Below are positions 32,665 through 42,600 of a stretch of DNA of 42,600 nucleotides, one piece after another. Under the pieces are notes generated by a model. It was not told the DNA's origin. It saw nothing but the letters and a program-made list of their open reading frames with translations, and searched no databases. The translations under genes and the position numbers were made by a program. Within the stretch, counting starts at the first letter, position 1. Every line of letters begins with the position of its first letter. The stretch is from Vitrella brassicaformis CCMP3155 (Eukaryota; Protista; Chromerida), in contig CDMY01000614.1 in NCBI GenBank assembly GCA_001179505.1, positions 1 to 42,600 on the forward strand, in the 5' to 3' direction.

Positions 32665-35600
32665 TCAGGCAGCAGCACGTTCATCCCGATATCGACCGTC
32701 AAGGACCCCGAGCGCGGCTTCCTCAGCCACGACGGTGCGCTGGTGGTGCGTGCGTCGGTGGAGCTGCCGGCGGTCGACCTGCACCTGGTGGACTTCGGCT
32801 CCCGGCAGGGGCAGGGCGCCAGCGCCCTCTACCATGAGCTGGGGCACGTCTGGGACAGCGAGATACGGATGGTCATCAAGAAGTGGCACTCACTCTCGCC
32901 GCAGGTACGTCAGACAGACAGAAAAGTCGTTTGCGTGTGCGCCTTCTGATCATCCATTCATTGTGTTGGGTGTGTGTGTCCAATCCACTGCATACAGGTT
33001 CCGCTGGCGACCCCCTGCAAGAAGATGCGTCAGTGCACGTTCCGACTGCTGGTGTACCCCAAGGGCACCGAGCGATTCCCATCGCACGTGGGGGCGTTCC
33101 TGGAGATCATCCCCACGTCGGACCTGCAGCCCTCCTGGTGCTTCAACCTCAAGTACGCCATCACCATCGAGAACTTCCTCCTCGGCCCCAATGGCAACCT
33201 CTCCAAGAACGACACGTACGCCTTCTGCGAGACGGCCACCGACAGGGGCTGGGCCGACCTCATCCACTTCGAGGTCCTCACCACCGAAACCGGATTCCTC
33301 TCGTCGGATGGGTCGCTCTCCGTCAAGCTGACCATCCTCGAGCAGCCCAAGATGTCCCGGCTGCGGGGGCCGCCGGGTGCCACTGCGCCAGGTGCGCCAT
33401 TGGCCCAGCAGCAGGCGGCGCAGGAAGCTTTGCGTCTCGAGGAGCAGCGGCAGCAGCAGGAGCAGAGGGAGAGGGAGCGGCAGATGGCGCTCGAGAATGC
33501 GGCCACGTCGGGCATGTCGACGGGCCGGTCGGCTGCCACGCCGCTGGGGCAGTGCCGGGCTGACGAGTGCCGTAACCTGCAGGGGCCGTCGGTGTGGCTG
33601 ACCGACGAGCGGGTCGTGTGCGAGTAAGCACACACACACTTACACACACACAGAGGAGGAAGGGGGCAACGGGGGGCTGTGGTCATTTATCCTCATTTAT
33701 CCGTGGGGTGCCATATGTATGTGTCTGTGCAGGTGCAGCGAGCACTGCAAGATCTACTACCACGCTTCCTGTTTCAAGAAGCTGGCCAAGGCCATCGCAT
33801 CCGACCTCGAGGACCACATTTGCCTCACCCCAGACTGCGACGGCACCCTCTTCCGCGTCAACCTCATCGACAGCGACGGCCGGCTCGTCCGCAAGTACAT
33901 CGACGACGAGGCCATCCTGCAGGAGATCAGGCGCAAGAAGCAGCAGCAGGCCGACCAGCGGTCGAACCCTGAGACCCCACCCGCCGTCGACATCCCCGAG
34001 CACTCCCGAGGCCGCAACACCCACGCCCACGCCCACGCCCACACGCGCAAGGGCAGGAACTCAGAACCAGAGAGGGGCGGAGACAAGGATGCCAACACCA
34101 AGGCCGACGAGCGAGCAAGACGCGCCAACAGCTCACAGTCGTCCCACCCTGCCCCTGCCCCTGCCCCAGCAGCGGCAGTAGCTGCAGCTGCAGCTGCAGC
34201 AGCCGACCCCTACCCCGCGCCCACCGAGCCCACCACAAGAGGTGCCCGAGCGCCCAGGCACTCTGACGAGCAGCCAGCCAGCTCGTCTGCTGCTGCGGCG
34301 GCGGCTGCCGGCCCATCGGTGGCGAGCAAGAGAAGTGACGATGCCGATGGACCGTCACGGCCGGCATGGCAGGGGCAGCGGCGAGGCATCCTGGACCTCT
34401 CGAGGAGCCGTGAGGGTCTGTCGATGATTGAGGCGCTGCAGCAGTCCTCATCGGGTCACACGAGCGGTGACGAGCGGGACAAGCGCGGGGAAGAGGGCGA
34501 GGAAGATGAGGATAATGACGGTGACGATGAGGAGGACAACGTGACGTCGGATCGATACCGGTCGAGAGGCAGCGACTCGCCCTCTGCGTCGGCACAGACG
34601 CCTCGGTCGACCTCTGTGGGGTCGGAGCAGATGTGGGGACTGATTGAGGGGGAGCATGGCGACAGGGATGGGGAGGCTATGTCATCGCTGGCTGGGGGCA
34701 TCTTCCTTCGCAAGTAAGTGGGAAGGTGCAGTCGAGATAAGCGACGGCAGACAAACGCACGGGTGCTTCCTTCCATGATGTGTGTGGATTTCAGGGACGC
34801 CGATCCTGACGGCATGCGCATTCGGGGTGAGCACGCCAACGCGTCAGCGGCCGAGCGACGGCGCAAGCCCCATGGCAAAGGCAAGCAGGGCAAGGTGACC
34901 CTCAGCCTCTCCGAGTTCCACCAGCAGGTGCAGAGCCACCCTGCGCCTCCGCCCCCACCGCCCCCGCCCCCAGACTACTCCAACATACTGCGGCAGACGT
35001 CCACCAACACCAGGAGAGGCCCGGGGCAGCTGACCGCACCGTCGGCTCTGCCGCCCCCACCCCCACCCGCCCCTCTGACCATTGCCAGGAGGCTGCCGGT
35101 GACGCCCACCGTCACAAGGGCTCCCATGAGAGGGCGGGGGATACACACGGGAGGGGGCCTGGTGCCTCTGGGAGGGCCGGCAGCTGCTGCAGCTGCTGCA
35201 GCTGCTGGTGTGCCCAATCCGGTCATCCCCCCGCAGCCCTTCTCGCACGAGTTCCCCAAGCTGGCTGGGCAGCCGGGCTCGCGTATTGGTAGTGGTCTTG
35301 GTCTCCCTCTCCCCTCGTCCATGTCAATGGCGGCATCGTCTGCTGCAGCCCCGCCACCCCCGGGCAGCTCCCCGTCGCTCGGGTTCATGGAGTGTCCCCC
35401 ACCGCCTCCTGGCCCGCCCCCACAGGAGGCCTTGTCATCCATGTCCTCAATGCCCTCTCCCCCATCAGCGCGCCCGAGGCATGAGTTCCGCATCTTGACC
35501 AACACGAACCGGCGCGCCAATGCCACTTCGTCACCCAGCGCATCGCCACCCAGCGGCCCTGCACCCCCACCGCCAGCGGCGGCAGTTGCAGCTGCAGCCG

Positions 35601-38600
35601 TTGCTGCCGCAGCAGAGAGCATCCCGAGCTCGCCTCCCCCGCCCCCATCATCCTCTCAGTCGCTGGGCGAGGCGAGCGACGGGCCGCAAACGTATGATGA
35701 GGCGCCATTGTGCCCCGCTCCTTGTTCTCCAGCTCCTGCTGCTGCAGCTGCCGCCGCTGCCGCCGCTGCTGAGGTGCCGTTGTCGGTCATCGAGGAGAGG
35801 GAGAGGGCAATATCTTCCCCGCTCCCTCCACCAAGTGGTCCATCGGCACCATTGTCGGGTGGTACGTCAGAGTCGCCCGGCCTGGCGCGCTCTCTGACGG
35901 AGGACGAACGGGACGACGGCAGAGGCGGCGAGGCGGAGGAGCAGGAATCGGAGGAAGAGCTGGATCTGAGGGTGACGGAGGACCAGCTGGTGGAGACGAA
36001 CGAGCTCTCCCTCGGTAGGGGGCCCACCCGCGGGCTGTCGGCGTTCGACCTCGTGTGCAGCATCTGTCAGTGCAATGTGGTCTACCGCCCTCGGGTGACC
36101 CGGTGCTACCATCTCTTCTGCGGCGAGTGCATCGCACAGTGGTTCGAGAAGCACAACCCCACGCAGTTCGAGGGTGGCGGGTTCAAGTCGTTCCTCCAGG
36201 CCGCCAAGAAGAGCACCCAGGACGCCTCGCTGCGGCGCACTGCCCCCTGCCCCATTTGCATGCGGCAGCTCGTCTACAACAAGGACCTTGTCTCCCTCTT
36301 TCCCACCAACAAGGCCGTCCTCCGGTCAGACAGCCAGCTGCGCCGCTTCGTGGAGCGCATCAACAACCTCCACATTCGGTGCAAGCACCACGAGCGAGGG
36401 TGCAGCTGGCAGGGGCGGCATGCCGACTACCCCGCCCATCTGGAGCAGTGCGTGACCAACCAGCGGGACATGAGGAGGCGCCGAGCCGGTGCTTCTCCCT
36501 CCCCTCCCCCACAACCACCCCGTGTGCCGTCTCCTGTCCCACCCCCCAGTTCCCCCGGCCCTCCAGAACCCCCCACGCCCCATGCTGCTGTCGCGGCTCC
36601 GTCGGCCACCGTGGCGGCCGGCAGGAGACGGAAGGACAAGCGGAAGGCCACAGAGGAGATCCGGATCGGCCCGTTGCCCCGCTGCCCAGCGCCCAGTCCA
36701 CAGCAGATTGCCGCTCTGTACGGGCTGCCGCTGGGAAGATCGACGAGGGACAGTGGGATGGAGGCCTCCTTCACGGGCGGGGGCAGCGAGCGGCTTGGCC
36801 CGACTCTGTCGTTGTCGCTCGCCCCGTCTGTGGGGTCCACCTCTGCGTCGCCGGCGTTGTTTCCTGGTGGCGGCAATCGCACCACGCTCTCAGCCAGCTC
36901 CAAGGCCTTCCAGCCGTCGGGCTTCCTCTCCATGGACAACACGGAGGTGTCTGCGAGTGGCTGCCCCTCACCGGCACCCACACCCGTCCCCACCGCCATC
37001 AATGCCAAGAAGCCGGGAGGGCTCGTGCACATCAACGCGCCACGCAGATCACGCAGACCGGAGCCACGACCCAGCACTGCCCACCAGGGGCTGTCGGCAG
37101 GGCCACCCCCTCCTCCCCCTCCCTCGATTGGCACCCCGGCACTCTCGTCTGTGGGCCCGCCTGAACGCGACGACTTGCCCCCCGACAGCCTGTTGTCCAA
37201 GATCATCTTCACTCGGTCGCCATCGCCGTCGGTCGTGTCGCCGGGAGCCACTTCTGCGGCCATCTCCGACTCGGCGGTCGTGCCACCACCCCCTCCACCA
37301 TCTGAAGACGGCTCTCGCGCGCACGGACCGCTGCTCATCTCTTCTCTGGTGCCTGCTCCTACATCGACGCCTGCACCAACGAGCTTCCCCGGCCAGCTCA
37401 ATCCCATGGCGCCTGAGTTCATCCCGATGGGATTCAAGCCATCTGGGCAGGGCTTCAGGCAGGAGGGGCCGTCTGGTGGTGGGCGGGGCAAGGGGCACGA
37501 TCCGGCCGATGGGGAGAGGGCGAAGAGCTCGGGTGACCTGAGGTCGACCCTTGACTGCGGCAGAGTCCGCAGCCCCTCACCACCCGCATCGCAGCCTGGC
37601 AGAACCCTGCGGCCATCGTCGCTCTCCCTGGCGGTGCATGACCCCCTTGACGACCCGCCGTCACATCGCGGGGCTGAGGGCGCCTCTGATGTCGGCTCGG
37701 CATCGGACGACGTGGGGGCGAAAGACCACCTCGTCCCTCGCGAGCTCATGAAGATGCTGGATGGGGAGCAGCCCTCGGGCTCCGCCACCTTCCCGTCCTC
37801 TTCGTCGGCCGCCCCTGACGTCCCATCGCAGGCTGCTGACCACCTGGCGTCTCTCCCCTTCCTCCCCGTCACACCCGACCGCACCCACAGCCGCTCAAGC
37901 AGCCCACAGGGCGGCACAGGCGACCTCTTCTCCACCAGCAGCCCGGCGGCTCCCCTCACTACTCCGGGGTTCTCGCAAGGCGGCGGTGCAGACGAGGCGG
38001 CCGGCTCTGCAGCGATGAAGGGGCCTGTGCCTTTTGCTGGCCTGACGGGCCTCTGTGTGGCGGCTGCAGCAGCGGCAGGGCAGAGCAGCATTCCGTCTGA
38101 TGACGTCGAGTCGAATATGGATGCCCCCAGCGACCCGCAGATTGCCACGGACGAGGCGAGATCAGCGTCGCCCGAACCGGCTCCTGCGTCGCCGCCAGGG
38201 CCACCGCCGTTCGGGGAGGGAAGGGGTGACCATGAGTCGACCCCGCAGACGCCTGCAGTGGCGTCTGACAAGCCTCGTGGTCTGACTGCGGCAGAGATGG
38301 CGACAGTGCGGCGTCTGATTGATTTGATGGCGAGGAGCGAGGAGGACTGTGAAGGGCTGGAGGAGTCGATTCGGGCACTGGTGGACCAGCTGGGTGAGCA
38401 AGACGCGACACGCAAGACACGAATGCCGTTGTTTCCATTCACTGTGATCTGTCTGGCCATCCATCCCTTCATCCATCAGGTGAGGGCCGGCAGGAGCTGC
38501 GTCAGCACCGCCAGCGGCTCTGCCGCATCCGGGACGGCGAACAGCCCATGACGCAGGACAATCTCCCCTCGAACACGTCGGGCTCACTCTCATCGGCATC

Positions 38601-39009
38601 GCAGCCAAACCAGGCCGACATCCACGCGATCCCCTTCCCCTCACTCACCGCCCCCACACTCGCCAGTGCCCCGGCGCCATTATCGGGCGGTGAAGACGAC
38701 CCCTCACGCCCACCTGAATGCACCGCTGCCCCTCTCCAGCAGCAGCAGGAAGGGCAGGAACTCGACAGAGGGGACAACGGCGACACTAATGACGGGAGGG
38801 AGAGGGACGCTAGTGGTGGGTCGGTGATGCCTGCCGTTGGGACCGTGCAGCGGCTTGAGTCGAACGCCTTGCAGCTGTCGGAGACACTGACGAGGCTTCG
38901 AGTGCTGCTGGATGGGCTGCCCAACAGCAGCGACGTTCTCAGTGGGTGCTTGGGAGGCGATGGCGATGGCGAGCAGAAGGCCGGGGACGATACGAAGGAC
39001 CGGGACTGA
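31992..39009 (+). CDS. Large putative E3 ubiquitin ligase: MATH + MATH + TTC3/DZIP3-like Cys/His domain + disordered region + RING-HC + TRAF/SIAH-type Zn finger + PAM2-like motifs + C-terminal coiled coil
   Basis: MATH1 (CRLLVFPQG...VGVFLEV...FIPISTVKDPERGFLSHDGALVVRASV) and MATH2 (FRLLVYPKG...VGAFLEI...DRGWADLI...GFLSSDGSLSVKLTI). Cys domain CRADEC...CECSEHCKIYYHASCFKKL...CLTPDCDG. RING CSIC...CYHLFCGEC...CPIC. Zn finger IRCKHHERGCSWQG...HLEQC. Phase-compatible introns lead to the stop at 39009. The start codon is less certain. Confidence 0.88.
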
Positions 39010-39966
39010 GTGTGATGTGAGGGGGTGGCAGACAGCCACTGGCGTCTGCTTAGACACACGAGAATACACGACAAGGGAATGCAATGCATTGCAATGCACC
39101 AGCCAGGTCAGGTCAGGTCTTTGTATCAATGAGTATTTTTGTCGCCTCTGTGTGCCGTGTCGTGCCATACTGGGAAGGAAAGGTACATGGTTGTATGTGT
39201 GTGTGTTGTGTAATTGCCTAACAGCTCGGTCGGTCCTTGTAAGGTATTCTTGGGCCTTATGACTAACGAACTCCTCACTCACGGATTTTCGCCTTTGATT
39301 TTGCCGCACCTCTCTCTCTTTCTCTTTCTCCCTCCCCTCCCCTCCCCTCCTCTCTGTGCGTGTGTTTAGATTGTCGGCCTTGAAAGCTGGTACTAGCTCA
39401 CGCATGGCCAACATCTATCTATCTGATACACTTCGGTCGGTATCGACGTGTTTCGCTGTTTAAGAACAGTTCCACAATGTATGTCTATGTGTGTGTGTGT
39501 GTGTATGGTGTGATCAACACAGAGCCACTCACACGGACACTTGCCTGCCTCGACAAACACAGGCCTTCTCTAGGTCTTCGGGTGCGTGTGTGTGTGTGTG
39601 CGTGTGTGTGTGTAGGGGGGCGCTTTATCGGCTCTTTTGACGGGCGGATTGATGGCTGCCATACGGACGGCGGCACTTTTGGAGGGCAGACTACTGACTG
39701 CATGTGTGTTGCGTGACAATGAAATGAATGTATGTGTGTATCTATCTACCTATGCGGCGGAGGGCTGCAGCAAGCCATGCAGTCCAATCCAATCCAATCA
39801 CCGCCCAGTCATTGCGGCCAGATGGAACCCAGCTACTCTCAGTCCGCACACGGACACACACACACTCAGACACGCATCAACATCCACAGATACCATCCAG
39901 TGCCCTCGCCTCTCGTCTAGCCTGGCTACATCCATTTATCCATCCATCCATCCAACCAAAACTCAG

Positions 39967-42439
39967 TCAGTCCTCATGGCTGCGTTTCTTGCCGCGCCCC
40001 TTGCCACATGCACCCGAGACGCTCTCACCATCGCTCTCGCCAACGCCTTTGTTGAGCCGGTCAGACCGCCGCAGCTTCGCGGCGTACTCCGACAGCGACA
40101 TGCTGTCCTCCGAACCACCACCATCCTCCTCGTCTCGTCCACCGCTGTCAGCAGCCCTTCTGTTGCCACGTCGGCGAAGCTGCATGTAGGCGGGGTCGGA
40201 TCTGCTGCTATTGTTGTTGAGGCGATTGTTTGCCCAGCCGTTGATCTTGTCACGCGCGGACGACTTGGCTACACGGGCGGCTCGTGGGGGCGGGAGGGTG
40301 GGTGTGAGTGGCGGGGGCAGGGGTGGGTCGTCGGGTGCGGGGCTGCGATGGGGGTGGTGAGGAGCTAACAGGTCATCTGGCGTCGACTCGGACGCGTCGG
40401 TCTCGGGGGTGAGTTCTGGTGGAGGAACCACACCACAACACGCACACAGAGATGGTTTGGCTGATCGGTCCGTGTTTCTCGCACCTCTGTGTGCCTGGTC
40501 TGTGCGTGTGTGTACCTTGGTGCTTGCCCGGTGTGTCCTCGACTGTCTCGGTAGCGGTGCCCTTCTTGCCGCGAGGGCCCTTGGTGGCCACAGGACCTGC
40601 AGCCATGATAAAGGTGAGGTGCAGTGTGTCCATCCATCCATCCATCCATCCGTATCATGACATACATACCCATGTCGCTGCCGAGCTTCTCTACTGGATG
40701 CTGGTCGTAGAAGCGGGCCTGCACCTGCACCAGACAGCCTTTGGGTGTTCTCTTCGCCCACGAACACATAACATACCTGGTCGAAAAACCGCAGAGCCTT
40801 CCTCCCATCCGCCCTGGCAGCAGCCCCCTCACACACAATCGGATTTTTCTCACCTACATCTACAACACCAGCGGCAGCAGCGGCAGCAGCCGCCCCACCG
40901 ACATCTCCCTGCTCCCCATCAGCACCAGCCCCTGACTCGCCCTCCGCACCAGCGGGAGGCACCCCATTGGTAGGTGGCGATGGCGACCCGAAGTATGGAA
41001 ATGCGTGTGGCGGGTTGGGGAGCGACGGGGAGGAGCTCATCAGACAAGGAAGAGGGGCCGACTTGGCGGGGTCCAAACCACCTGATGGCAAATTCGGTCC
41101 GTATCTTCACTCTGCGTCTGTGGCTGCTGCATACCGCCTTCATCGGAGTCTCTGCGAAGCCGTGTTGGCGAGAGGGACAAGCGCTTCTTGTACCGACCCG
41201 GTTTGGGGGGCGTCGGTGGATTAGGCTCGTCCTCCCCGTCACCCGACACCACAGCACCGAACCGCTGCGGCCTCTCGTCCTCCTCGGCAGCCGCCTCCCC
41301 GTCATCCCCCTCACCGTCACCCATCACACCGATGGCAGGCGAACCGAACTCGGGTGTCGGCCTGACTAGCCGGTCGTCAGCGGCCGCACCGGAAGAGACC
41401 TCGCACGCAGTTGCAGACGCAGAGGCGGATGCCGACATGATGGCGCCGAAAGCGCTGGAGAGGCGGGGCGGGGGGAGAGGGTCCGGATCGTCGGCTGCAT
41501 CGTCGCCATTGGCAGGCTCGTCCTGGTCGAGGGGTGGCTCTGGTGTGGCTTCGGGTGTGGGGGGCTTCGTGTGGTCGATGAGGGGGAGAATCGTGTCGGT
41601 CGTGTCAGACACCTGCAGGCGCAGAACAACAACAAGCATGCACAGAGAGATTGCGACGCTCCCCATCCCACCCCTTCTCATCCTCACCCACCCATGCCTC
41701 CTGCATGGCGTCCTCTCCCCCACCACCCATCGTCGGGTCGACATCCGTCCCGGCATGTTCGTCCGCACAGTGGGTCAGCAGCTTGCGGCTGTCCGTGGTG
41801 AAGAAGCCGCACATGGGGGCCGGGCAGTGCCAGTGCAGAAACGACTCCTCGGGCAGCGTCAGGCCATCAGGCTGGGCTGCCTCGTCATCGAGAGGAGATG
41901 GCTGCTGTGTGGCCTTGGTGCGCTTGACGCCCCCGCCCTTCTTGCGCGGCCGGGGGATGCCTGCGAATGGGAAGCCGCTGCGGTCGTCCTGAAGGAAGCC
42001 ACATGCAGCACAGGGGCAGAGAGGTGACCGGCAGGATCCCTCTCGGCTTCGTCGATAACATGCTGACGTACTAATCCGCAAGGGAAGCACGTGTACTTGC
42101 CCACTCTGACGGTCTTGGCGAGATGGACGTCCGTGTAGTGCTTCAACACATCGGTCCACTTGGACTTGGGAGGGTAGATGCGCTTGTCGCACAGCGGACA
42201 CCTGCCATGCATCCGCCCAGTGCAAACAGCCCCTTCAGCCATCAGATCGGCACACTCAGCATGTATGTGTCAGTCCATACCTACCTGTACTTGGGATTGG
42301 TCTTGGCGCCCTGCCTGAGGCTGGGATGCTCGAGCGGGTGGTGGTAGAGCTCCGCTGTGAGGACGGTAGTCTGCGTCAGCAGCTGCATCTCGTCCGTCAC
42401 TCCAGCTTCAAGGCTTCTCGCGGGCTGCTCCCCAGACAT
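39967..42439 (-). CDS. C2H2 zinc-finger protein with large disordered C-terminal region
   Basis: ATG at 42439. Spliced YRCPLCDKRIYPPKSKWTDVLKHYTDVH and WHCPAPMCGFFTTDSRKLLTHCADEH, plus an isolated CFPC. A GT-AG exon chain ends GRGKKRSHED* at 39967. Confidence 0.75.
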
Positions 42440-42600
42440 GCTCACAGAACACGCAGCCGAAGGCTGCTGACGTGGCGAACGTAATATGGACGAACGTACT
42501 GTCAGAAGTGCAAGTCGGTCCAGGGTTTAGGGCCTAGGGTTCATAGACCGACGATCCACTGATCTGTGAGACAGGACGGCTGTTGAGTCTTTGTCCGTTC

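Noticed and set aside
34718-34794. Start of the 1277-aa ORF as a separate gene
   Set aside because: It begins at a GTG inside an intron (AA|gtaagt...ttcag|G), which joins it in frame to the upstream MATH/Cys-domain exons.
36427-38472. 681-aa minus-strand ORF (and 11244-12629, 461 aa)
   Set aside because: Antisense shadow of real GC-rich CDS on the other strand, with no domain-like content.
39080-39093. Perfect 14-bp palindrome TGCAATGCATTGCA
   Set aside because: Arises from a local (AATGC)n pentamer repeat in a 3' UTR region, with no flanking transposon or terminator features.
40416-40527. Possible third GC donor (CCGG|GCAAGC) in the C2H2 gene
   Set aside because: An in-phase GT donor (CAAG|GTACAC) lies 12 nt downstream, so a GC donor is not required.
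1-42600. tRNA, rRNA, snRNA, transposon or CRISPR features
   Set aside because: By eye I found no tRNA cloverleaf, conserved rRNA/U-snRNA signature, TIR/LTR, RT/transposase motif or repeat-spacer array. Infernal/tRNAscan were not run.

Overview
This is eukaryotic, GC-rich, gene-dense DNA with short microsatellite-filled spliceosomal introns. The style, a flagellar gene and a probable bipartite plastid leader suggest a chromerid/chrompodellid alveolate such as Vitrella brassicaformis (inference). I hand-spliced 12 protein-coding genes: coiled-coil hypothetical (+), short ankyrin-like (-), intronless AIG1/GIMAP-like pseudo-GTPase with mitochondrial-type leader (+), EFHC1/Rib72 (-), dual-specificity phosphatase (-), low-complexity hypothetical (+), multi-ankyrin protein (-), long coiled-coil protein (+), 2OG-Fe(II) oxygenase with signal/transit-like leader (+), a 76-aa I78/potato-I-like protease inhibitor missed by the ORF track (-), a very large MATH-MATH-TTC3-like Zn domain-RING-TRAF-ZnF protein with PAM2-like motifs (+), and a C2H2 zinc-finger protein (-). 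There is a 300-N gap at 4177-4476 inside about 6 kb of apparently non-coding microsatellite mosaic. I saw no rRNA, tRNA, CRISPR array or recognisable transposon. The best candidate for something new is the 31992-39009 E3-ligase-like protein, which pairs a Zn domain I know mainly from animal TTC3/DZIP3 with tandem MATH domains and translation-associated short motifs. All family assignments come from motif recognition by eye, not database searches, and exon boundaries are manual predictions.
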